Positions 55,646-62,970 of a stretch of DNA of 64,000 nt are shown here, in pieces. Source of the stretch: Candidatus Omnitrophota bacterium (lineage in GTDB: Bacteria; Omnitrophota; Gorgyraeia; Velamenicoccales; JABMQK01); NCBI GenBank assembly GCA_028711115.1, contig JAQTSV010000001.1, positions 838,032 through 902,031 of the forward strand, given 5' to 3'. Positions within the stretch are counted from its first letter, which is position 1. Each line of letters starts with the position of its first letter. A program made the translations under genes and the position numbers. The notes under the pieces were generated by a model, which was given only the letters and a program-made list of their open reading frames with translations, was not told the origin of the DNA and did no database searches.

Positions 55646-57788
55646 TTAGAACAAAGTCCGAAACTTCTTTTCTCATAAACCAGTCGGGAGGAGCTTTTTT
55701 AAAACCAAACATTTCTCTCGCATGTGTACCGCTTATCTCTGATATATTTTTATTATTATGTTTGCACTGCTCAACGTATTTACAGCATTTCTTGCAATAA
55801 TGCATTTCATTAAAAAATATCGGGACTATTCCAATATCTCCGAGATAATTGAAAAGCTTATGGGCATCGTCTTGTTTATAGTGGTTACCTACTCCCGTAT
55901 GATCTCTGCCAACAATAAAATGGCTGCATCCGAAATTCTTTCTGCACAAAGCCGTGAATACCGCTTCCCTTGGCCCGGAATATCTTGAATAATTCTGAAA
56001 AGCAGCCAAAAAAACCTTACCTTTAGGATAATACTTTTCTATCATTAGTTCATAGCTTCTCAGGATTACATCTGCCGTATAATCGCCTTTCTTTTTCGGG
56101 CCTATTACAGGATGGATAAAAAGACCGTCGCAGTGATATTTTTCAAAAGCAAGCATTTGAATATATTCATGAACACGATGAGCCACATTTCTTGTATGAA
56201 AACCAACCACCCTGTGCCATCCTTTATTTTCAAAAATTAATCTTGCTTGTCTCGGTGTTATTTCAAAATGTTTATATTTTGAAGGGAGGCGTTCGATTAA
56301 ATCTACTTTTCCGCTGAGAAAATATTCTCCTCTTCTTTTCAATTGCTGAACTCCGTAATGACTTTCATCATTGGTTCTAAAAGTTTCTCTTGCCATTTTA
56401 TCTAAATCGTAAGTATAAATTTCTTCTAAATTCAGTATAGAGAATGCTTTATTAGTGTTTCTCAAAACCAATGCAATTTTATTTCCGGGTTTAAATTTAC
56501 CAATATATTTTCTATCTACTTGTAAGAAAATTGGTAACGGCCAAACAACTCCGTTGGGGAGTTTGTAATTTTTGAGCACAGAATTAATTTCTTCCTTATT
56601 CATAAAACCCTGCAAAGGAGAAAAGGCGCCAATTGCAATCTGTTCAGCATCCAATAAAACAGTTTCATCTACGATTAATGTTTTATATTTATTTATTTCT
56701 TTGATATTTGGTTCCCTGACAACTCTGTTTACAAGAGTACCTCCATGCGGTTCTATTAATACGTATGAATCACTATCTTGTAAATTATCGAGAGAGTGAT
56801 TACGAGAAAAATCGAGGCATTGTTTAATCATCTTAGAAATCATCACTGTACAATTTATAGGATATGCTCCGATTGCGGTTTCAGCAGCAAGTACTAAGCC
56901 ATCTGCGCCATCGAGTAAAGTATTTATAACGTCATTTGCTTCTGCTCTCGTAGGTTTTTTGCTCCTAACCATTGACTCAAGTAAATTTGTAGCCACATAT
57001 ACAGGTATTTTCTTCTTATTTACCTTATTTATAATTAGTTTTTGAATGAGCGGTATTCTTTCTATAGGTTCTTCTCTGGAGAGATCTCCTCTGTCTATAA
57101 GTATAGAATCAGAAACGCTAATTATACCGTCGATATTCTTTACGCCTTCCCTATTTTCTATCTTGGAAATTATGTGAGCATTTTTTCCTAATTGACTACG
57201 GAAATATTCAACACTTTTTCTGTCAGAGGCAAATGACAAAGCAAAATATTGCAGACCGTGTTTTAGCCCGATCTTGATAGCTTCTTTATCTTTTTCAGAA
57301 ATCACTGGTAATTGTATATTTCTATCGACGGTTGCTGCTTTATTGCTTCCAATATAACCGTCAGCAACAACCCTTGCTGTTACGGAATCAAGATTCGTTT
57401 TAATAATTTGCAACAGCACAGATTCAAAGTCGATGCTAATCAAATCGCCAATCCTTAGTTCCCTGACAACAAAATTAGGGGTAAATGAAATCCTGCGAGA
57501 ATTACCGACTATATTTTTCTTTGTTATCTCAATCAAACTGTTTTCTTTTAAATAAACCTTATTATTTTCTACAAATCCGTTACGAATTTGGGCGCCTTCT
57601 GTATCAAGACACAATGGTTTATTCGTAAATCGCTTTATAGATAGTATTAAATTTTCCAAATCTTTTATTTCTGTATGAGAAAGGTTTAAACGAAAGATAT
57701 CCACCCCCAAAGAGTCCAATCTTAAAATAGTTCTTTCATCTATGGAAGAAGGACCAAGTGTACATAATATTTTTATCTTTTTTTTCAT
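55608..57788 (-). CDS. sat: Fusion protein: pyruvate-kinase-like catalytic barrel (about aa 1-335) joined to sulfate adenylyltransferase / ATP sulfurylase (about aa 340-726)
   Basis: PK half: 'KILCTLGPSS', 'FRLNLSHT', 'LDTEGAQIR', 'ISKIENREG', 'IDRGDLS', 'PTRAEANDV' and 'LAAETAIGAYP'. Sulfurylase half: 'EPHGGTLVNR', 'GAFSPLQGFM', 'GFHTRNVAHRVHEY', 'HPVIGPKKKGDY' and 'GPREAVFTALCRKNFGCSHFIVGRDHTGVG'. The frame is continuous. Confidence 0.8.
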   Translation of the reverse strand: MKKKIKILCTLGPSSIDERTILRLDSLGVDIFRLNLSHTEIKDLENLILSIKRFTNKPLCLDTEGAQIRNGFVENNKVYLKENSLIEITKKNIVGNSRRISFTPNFVVRELRIGDLISIDFESVLLQIIKTNLDSVTARVVADGYIGSNKAATVDRNIQLPVISEKDKEAIKIGLKHGLQYFALSFASDRKSVEYFRSQLGKNAHIISKIENREGVKNIDGIISVSDSILIDRGDLSREEPIERIPLIQKLIINKVNKKKIPVYVATNLLESMVRSKKPTRAEANDVINTLLDGADGLVLAAETAIGAYPINCTVMISKMIKQCLDFSRNHSLDNLQDSDSYVLIEPHGGTLVNRVVREPNIKEINKYKTLIVDETVLLDAEQIAIGAFSPLQGFMNKEEINSVLKNYKLPNGVVWPLPIFLQVDRKYIGKFKPGNKIALVLRNTNKAFSILNLEEIYTYDLDKMARETFRTNDESHYGVQQLKRRGEYFLSGKVDLIERLPSKYKHFEITPRQARLIFENKGWHRVVGFHTRNVAHRVHEYIQMLAFEKYHCDGLFIHPVIGPKKKGDYTADVILRSYELMIEKYYPKGKVFLAAFQNYSRYSGPREAVFTALCRKNFGCSHFIVGRDHTGVGNHYKQDDAHKLFNYLGDIGIVPIFFNEMHYCKKCCKYVEQCKHNNKNISEISGTHAREMFGFKKAPPDWFMRKEVSDFVLNEIKEGGKVFVE

Positions 57789-57809
57789 CTTTTAATTCTT
57801 AAATATTTA

Positions 57810-58778
57810 TTAAAACAATTTTCCTTTTTCATGAAGCGATGCTAAACGCATCATCAATTTAAACATTTTAGGAGAAGCCATTTTTTTAATGAACAGCATC
57901 TTTTTCTTTCTTTCTAATGGGTCTATTTTTCTATTACAATTTTCCCTGGCGAGAATCGTTGACATCGATTCAGAAGGAATTGTGTTTAAAAATAATCCCG
58001 CCTTCTTTACAACAGCCCATGAATCTTCTATTAAATCTTCATAAGTAACAAACAAAATATTTTTTTTATGTTTAAGCGGAAGAAGGCCGTAAGCATTTTG
58101 TGATATTTCAGTTATGATTTCTATGCTTTTAATTATGCGATCCATTCTTGATAATTTTATATATTCATCACTCCAGTTATATGCATACCAAGGAATAGTC
58201 TTGTTATTTATATTAACACAAGGGGATAAGTAAAGCGGATCGGAAATTTCCCTACCCCCAAAACCTCTAAGATACCAAGAATACATGATATCTATCGGGT
58301 GTCTTATAATATGAATCATTTTGAAATCAGGAAACGATTTAAAGAATATATTTATGCAAGGTAGGACTTCGTGCGTTACAAATACGGATATTCTTTTATC
58401 TTTATTTATTGCCTTAACGGTCTCTTTGCGATCTTTATCTTGGCTAAAAGTTTTTAATAAATACCTTCCGAGATCGGGGTATTTGAATATGGAGGAACCA
58501 TCGTTATAACGAAAGTTTAAATTCCTACCTATTCCTATATTATATACCCATTGGTCTACCATTATCTGCAACAGAGAAATTGCAGTATCTTCCCTAATAG
58601 CTCCTAATTTTTCTAAATAAGGGATTATTTCTATTAAATCAACAGCCTGAAAATGTTCTGTGCTCTTCAACCCGTCAATAATCCGTCCCAGGAAGAACTT
58701 TCCAGAACGAGTAATACCATCTAATATAACTAATTTCTTGACTAAAAGGTTTTTAGTGGCGACTTTAATTTCCTGCAT
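57810..58778 (-). CDS. Sulfotransferase-family protein
   Basis: 5'-PSB-like 'LDGITRSGKFFLGRI' and 3'-PB-like 'IHIIRHPIDIMYSW'. It lies directly upstream of sat and cysC. Confidence 0.55.
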   Translation of the reverse strand: MQEIKVATKNLLVKKLVILDGITRSGKFFLGRIIDGLKSTEHFQAVDLIEIIPYLEKLGAIREDTAISLLQIMVDQWVYNIGIGRNLNFRYNDGSSIFKYPDLGRYLLKTFSQDKDRKETVKAINKDKRISVFVTHEVLPCINIFFKSFPDFKMIHIIRHPIDIMYSWYLRGFGGREISDPLYLSPCVNINNKTIPWYAYNWSDEYIKLSRMDRIIKSIEIITEISQNAYGLLPLKHKKNILFVTYEDLIEDSWAVVKKAGLFLNTIPSESMSTILARENCNRKIDPLERKKKMLFIKKMASPKMFKLMMRLASLHEKGKLF

Positions 58779-58785
58779 ACGTACT

Positions 58786-58792
58786 CCTCCTT
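58786..58792 (-). promoter_or_regulatory. Shine-Dalgarno sequence AAGGAGG for the sulfotransferase gene
   Basis: The reverse complement of 58786-58792 is AAGGAGG, 7 nt upstream of the ATG at 58778. Confidence 0.6.
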
Positions 58793-58904
58793 AGAAGGTT
58801 TAAATAAATTTAATACGGCTCGAATTTGAGCTTCCAAATGCCGTCTACTTTCCCAAGAACATCCTTGTTGGCAAATTTATCGAGTACATCATCAAATTCT
58901 TTTC
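58792..58904 (-). pseudogene. Left copy of a 113-nt direct repeat: orphan 3' remnant (last 31 codons plus stop) of a WbuX-type amidotransferase gene, with its downstream spacer
   Basis: Hand alignment to 60352-60464 gives 109/113 identical, with mismatches at 58840, 58843, 58845 and 58853. It translates to 'KEFDDVLDKFANKDVLGKVDGIWKLKFEPY*', against 'KEFDDVLDKFANKDVLEKVNGIWKLKFEPY*' in the intact gene. There is no start codon. Confidence 0.85.
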
Positions 58905-58935
58905 GCTCTTTTCTCCTTTGATATCGATACCATAT

Positions 58936-59730
58936 TTACTTAAATGACTTAAAGAAATCGATATCCCAACTCGCCATATCTATGCTACATTTCTGCATTG
59001 TTGATCGTGCATCTGTAAGACCATCTTCAATAAAATTAAACAAATTAGCGGTAGATACAGCATCTGCTTTGCCTTGTAATATCCCGTCAGTAAAATGATT
59101 GAATTTCCCTATTCCGCCAGAGGCAATTAAAGGAACCATTGAGACCTCGGATATTTTTTTAATTATATCTAAGTCGAGGCCTTCTCCGGTACCATCGTTA
59201 TCCATAGAAGTTAAATAAATCTCTCCACAATTTAGTCTCTCGGCCTTTTTTACATGCTCTTCCACAGTTAAGCCTGTAGAATGACTGCCGTCGTGTATAA
59301 AAGTTTCCGTGTGTCTATCGTGTTTCTTATAATCAATGGAGGCCACTATGCACTGGCTGCCGAATGTCTTAATAAACGAAATTACAAGTTCAGGATTAGT
59401 TATAACTGGGGTATTGATGACTAATTTATCAGCTCCAGCGTCAAGTATCATATAGGCATCTTCTATTGAACGTATACCTCCTCCGGCAGCAATCGGCATA
59501 AAGCACCTTTTGCTTAACTCTATAAGGTTACGTGAAAATTCCTTAACGTCTTTTTTCTCTCTCTCCACATTAAAAACAATTAGCTCATCGATAGAAAAGG
59601 CTATGGCGTCAAAATTATAGCATTCCCTTATCCAATCAATATTCCCTACCGACTGCAGAGAGAAATTCCTACTTAGCATATAAACGCCATTTTGCATTAA
59701 CAATGTAAAGATTAATCGTTTCTTTAGCAT
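58936..59730 (-). CDS. hisF: HisF-like cyclase subunit (WbuZ-type glycosyl-amidation partner)
   Basis: 'PIAAGGGIRSIEDA', 'GADKLVINT' and 'PLIASGGIGKFNH'. It lies in a glycan locus beside hisH-like and WbuX-like genes, so it is probably not the histidine-pathway copy. Confidence 0.8.
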   Translation of the reverse strand: MLKKRLIFTLLMQNGVYMLSRNFSLQSVGNIDWIRECYNFDAIAFSIDELIVFNVEREKKDVKEFSRNLIELSKRCFMPIAAGGGIRSIEDAYMILDAGADKLVINTPVITNPELVISFIKTFGSQCIVASIDYKKHDRHTETFIHDGSHSTGLTVEEHVKKAERLNCGEIYLTSMDNDGTGEGLDLDIIKKISEVSMVPLIASGGIGKFNHFTDGILQGKADAVSTANLFNFIEDGLTDARSTMQKCSIDMASWDIDFFKSFK

Positions 59731-59734
59731 ATTC

Positions 59735-60352
59735 TTACAGTTGGCAAAAATTCCTTAATACTACGAGTCCGTTACTTAAACTCTTTTCTGGATGAAACTG
59801 CGTGCCAAAGATATTCTTGTATTGAACACTTGCAATAAACCTCTCTCCGTAATTAGCCCATGAAGAACTATATTTCTCCTGTTCAAGACAAACCATCCTG
59901 TAGCTGTGCACAAAATAAAAATCCGCGCTTTCTCCTAACCCCTTAAATAAATTAACCGGGGTGCCCTGAAAATAAACCCTGTTAAAACCGATATGTGGAA
60001 TCTTAATACCCAATACTTGTGCCGGAAATCGTTTTGCTGCAGCTGGAATCCAGCCAAAACCTTTGGTCAACCCGTCTTCCTCCCCTTCATCAGCAAAAAG
60101 TTGCATCCCAAGACAAATACCTAAAATATAGTTCTTTTTTATAAGCACAGCTTCATTTATTGCATCAAAAAGGCCTCTATTTTTTATGTTATCCATTGCC
60201 ATGCGAAATGAGCCCACTCCCGGAAGTATTAATTTTTCGCTCTCTAAAATCTCAGCGGCAGAATTCACGATTCGGCAATCAACTTTTATAAAATTAAGGG
60301 CATTATACACAGAACGAATATTGCCCATCCCGTAATTGATTATAGAGACCAT
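59735..60352 (-). CDS. hisH: HisH-like glutamine amidotransferase subunit (WbuY-type)
   Basis: 'MVSIINYGMGNIRSV', 'LPGVGSF', the nucleophile 'GICLGMQL' and 'QFHPEKS'. The track start (60397) is a TTG extension into the upstream gene. I use ATG at 60352. Confidence 0.8.
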   Translation of the reverse strand: MVSIINYGMGNIRSVYNALNFIKVDCRIVNSAAEILESEKLILPGVGSFRMAMDNIKNRGLFDAINEAVLIKKNYILGICLGMQLFADEGEEDGLTKGFGWIPAAAKRFPAQVLGIKIPHIGFNRVYFQGTPVNLFKGLGESADFYFVHSYRMVCLEQEKYSSSWANYGERFIASVQYKNIFGTQFHPEKSLSNGLVVLRNFCQL

Positions 60353-60464
60353 AGAAGGTTTAAATAAATTTAATACGGCTCGAATTTGAGCTTCCAAATA
60401 CCATTTACTTTCTCAAGAACATCCTTGTTGGCAAATTTATCGAGTACATCATCAAATTCTTTTC
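60352..60464 (-). repeat. Right copy of the 113-nt direct repeat: hisH start codon, 17-nt spacer and the 3' end of the intact amidotransferase gene
   Basis: See 58792-58904. The offset between copies is exactly 1560 nt. Confidence 0.85.
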
Positions 60465-61542
60465 TCGTTATCCGGAAATACTCCACAAATTTACCTATTA
60501 ATTGTTCCGGATATTCCCCATCATACCTTCTGACAAGAGCTAAGGCCTGCTTCCTGTCTAGGGCACCCCTACGCACATCAATGCAGGCATCGGAAGTAGC
60601 CCTACCGAAACCAAATTTCAAAAACATAAGATACACGTGTAAATCCTGCAAATCGTCATCTAACTGCGCGAAGTTTGTATAAGTGCCGATACTTCGTGTT
60701 GGCAGCGTCTGAAAACCGCAATGCTTCTTAGCAAACAGATAATGCTCATACGGATTCCAGTCTTCAAAATACGACCAATAAGCCATAAGCACGCCACTTT
60801 TATCCAATACCTCTTGGCTCGGGAACCTCCACCACTTGACATCATGATCAGAGATTCCCATTTTTCCCACAGCCCTGTCTGATTCACAACCGCTAAAATA
60901 ATAAGTCACCGTTTCCGCCCTGTCCATAAAGTATTTTTTATCAAAATTTCCAGAGCCACCGTATTCTGCCTCTCCCTGTTCGCCGTACATTAAAAAAGGA
61001 ATGTTGAGTTTTATGCTGAATTCAACGACAATCGTAGTAATTCCGGAAATAAAAGGCTCTTTCGGCTGGCCTTCTTCAATCAATCCTACCTTAGCCAACT
61101 TTCTGTATGATTCCGGGTCAGGGCTTACCATGATATGATCAAACCCCGCTTTGATGAAGTTCTCTAAGTTTCGTTTGCCTATTTCTGTGGGCATTTGCGA
61201 CGCAACGGTTATGCATAAAGGATGCATCCCCAATTCGTGTTTCATCTTCCAAGCGACGTAGCTGCTATCTTTGCCGCCGCTACCAGGAACAATAACATCA
61301 AAACTTCCGTCTTTTCTGCGGTATTTATCGCACAGCTTTTCCACTTCATTCCACCGCTTTTTCCAGTCAGTATTCTTTCTTTTGTATTCAGCGTGCAGGC
61401 AGGCATTACATACTCCTTCTGAATTAAATACAATTCGTGGACGAGCGGATGGCGCCAAACAACTTTTACAATAAAACATTTTTCTTTCTTCTTTTTTTAA
61501 AACGATATCTTTACCATCGCCCTGATTATTTAAAGTTTCCAT
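60370..61542 (-). CDS. N-acetyl sugar amidotransferase (WbuX/PseA family, PP-loop)
   Basis: 'CKSCLAP...GVCNAC' Zn ribbon and 'VPGSGGKDSSY'. It lies directly upstream of the hisH/hisF homologues. Confidence 0.8.
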   Translation of the reverse strand: METLNNQGDGKDIVLKKEERKMFYCKSCLAPSARPRIVFNSEGVCNACLHAEYKRKNTDWKKRWNEVEKLCDKYRRKDGSFDVIVPGSGGKDSSYVAWKMKHELGMHPLCITVASQMPTEIGKRNLENFIKAGFDHIMVSPDPESYRKLAKVGLIEEGQPKEPFISGITTIVVEFSIKLNIPFLMYGEQGEAEYGGSGNFDKKYFMDRAETVTYYFSGCESDRAVGKMGISDHDVKWWRFPSQEVLDKSGVLMAYWSYFEDWNPYEHYLFAKKHCGFQTLPTRSIGTYTNFAQLDDDLQDLHVYLMFLKFGFGRATSDACIDVRRGALDRKQALALVRRYDGEYPEQLIGKFVEYFRITRKEFDDVLDKFANKDVLEKVNGIWKLKFEPY

Positions 61543-61556
61543 AGATATGGCTCCTT

Positions 61557-62945
61557 TTACGTTTGTCTGAAGCCTCTAAAATCCCTGTTTTTATGTAAAT
61601 ATAAATCTTTTGTCTGGTTAAACATTGACTTTATCTTCTTTTGAAAATAATTTCTAAGCAATCTGGTATTTGCCTGCAATAAACATCTATGAAATTCGTC
61701 ATCGCTCATATTGGTAAAATTAACCGACAGCAAATCTGAATTCACGTGTTTATTTTCGTAAAAGTCCTCACAGTCTTTCAATAATCCTTTCTTAATTGCA
61801 TAGTAATATAATGGTGAACCGGGATACGGCGTAACAGGCCGAATTGTTCTGACCTGGGCTCCATCATCGTATTTCAGAAGAAACTCCACTCCTTTTTCTA
61901 AGGTTTCCCTGGTTTCACCGATATTGCCAAAGATAATATTGTAACCCGGGCTAATTCCTATTTTTAACGTTGCCTCAATTCCCGAGATTATCTGTTTTGT
62001 AGTCAGCGTTTTATTCATATTCTTAAGAATTTGGTCATCCATGGCTTCTATTCCATAATTTATGAATACACAGCCGGATTCTTTCATTAATCTTAAAACA
62101 TCTTCACGGGCATAGTTTAATCTGCCATTGCAAGACCACTTAATTTTTAAATTCGCTCTGATAAAATCTCTGCATAATTCTTCGGTTCTCGCTATGGAAG
62201 ACATCAAAAGTTCATCCCCAAAAGCAATATAAGTAATACCGTAATCTTTCTGTAACAATTTGATTTCTTCTATAATCGCTTCATTTTTTCTTGGGCGAAA
62301 ACCTTCATCCATTCGATAACAAAAATTACAATTAAAAGGGCATCCCCTGCCGGAAAGCAGCCGCATTACAAAATCTGTTGTTTCACAATGTGGCATCCGC
62401 AATAATCTGTAATATTCCATGGGGAAAAGTTCGTAAGCCGGTCGTGCGATGCTATCAACGTCTTCTATCAGAGGCTGGCGTTCGTTAATTACGACTTTAT
62501 TTCCGTCACGATAAGCAATCCCTTTGACTTTAGATAATGATTTGTGTTTGCTGAGTGAATCCATCAAATTCAGAATAGTTATTTCGCCTTCTCCGATAAC
62601 AACTGCATCGGCCCCGGTCTTTTTAATAAAATATTCTGGTTCGGGAGCAGGGCCATGGCCGCCTATCACATAAAAAGGTCTATTTTTTGAATTGTTAATT
62701 GCTGTAGATAGTGACAACAACTTTCTATATTGGAAATATCCCCCAATGATGCTAACTCCCACTACGTCAAATTTGTTCTTATTTAAATATTCGGTAAGAT
62801 GCTCATCAGGATAATGATTAAAATCCTGGCTATATATCTCTACCTCTATTCCTTCTTTGCGTAAAACTGAAGCAATGTAAGCCAACCCCATCGGAAAATC
62901 ATGGATATACGATTCGTTATCATAAACAACTAATAATACTCTCAT
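61557..62945 (-). CDS. Cobalamin-binding-type (class B) radical SAM enzyme
   Basis: 'MRVLLVVYD...FPMGLAYIASVLRKEGIEVEIY' and the cluster 'GRGCPFNCNFC'. Confidence 0.75.
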   Translation of the reverse strand: MRVLLVVYDNESYIHDFPMGLAYIASVLRKEGIEVEIYSQDFNHYPDEHLTEYLNKNKFDVVGVSIIGGYFQYRKLLSLSTAINNSKNRPFYVIGGHGPAPEPEYFIKKTGADAVVIGEGEITILNLMDSLSKHKSLSKVKGIAYRDGNKVVINERQPLIEDVDSIARPAYELFPMEYYRLLRMPHCETTDFVMRLLSGRGCPFNCNFCYRMDEGFRPRKNEAIIEEIKLLQKDYGITYIAFGDELLMSSIARTEELCRDFIRANLKIKWSCNGRLNYAREDVLRLMKESGCVFINYGIEAMDDQILKNMNKTLTTKQIISGIEATLKIGISPGYNIIFGNIGETRETLEKGVEFLLKYDDGAQVRTIRPVTPYPGSPLYYYAIKKGLLKDCEDFYENKHVNSDLLSVNFTNMSDDEFHRCLLQANTRLLRNYFQKKIKSMFNQTKDLYLHKNRDFRGFRQT

Positions 62946-62970
62946 ATTTTTCTCTCTATTGTTCCGGCTT

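Noticed and set aside
56784-57788. The PK-like region could be the housekeeping glycolytic pyruvate kinase.
   Set aside because: It lacks the C-terminal allosteric domain, is covalently fused to ATP sulfurylase and sits in a glycan locus. It is more likely a dedicated module.
58810-58837. Sigma-70-like promoter (TTGGAA-16 nt-TATTAA) within the repeat, upstream of the sulfotransferase gene.
   Set aside because: It is not reported as a feature. Matches of this quality are frequent in AT-rich DNA, and the same sequence occurs inside the coding 3' end of the intact gene. It is mentioned only as a possibility in the repeat finding.
58810-58938. The amidotransferase remnant is in frame with hisF just past its TAA stop, which raises the idea of a programmed read-through extension.
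   Set aside because: Frame agreement has a one-in-three chance. There is no read-through context or structure that I can see. The remnant is better explained as a recombination scar.
21150-61433. Short minus-strand ORFs in alternative frames (21150-21359, 23475-23672, 42953-43150, 60660-60887, 61242-61433).
   Set aside because: They lie wholly inside well-supported genes in another frame and have no motifs or SD sequences. They are treated as spurious.
411-61474. All plus-strand ORFs in the track (60-144 aa, for example 411-605, 3294-3644, 4333-4722, 28759-29193, 31587-31958, 45882-46223, 60386-60682).
   Set aside because: Each is nested antisense within a longer minus-strand gene that has clear family motifs. 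Their translations are low-complexity (S/L/F/I-rich) with no motifs. They are shadow ORFs, as expected in AT-rich coding DNA.
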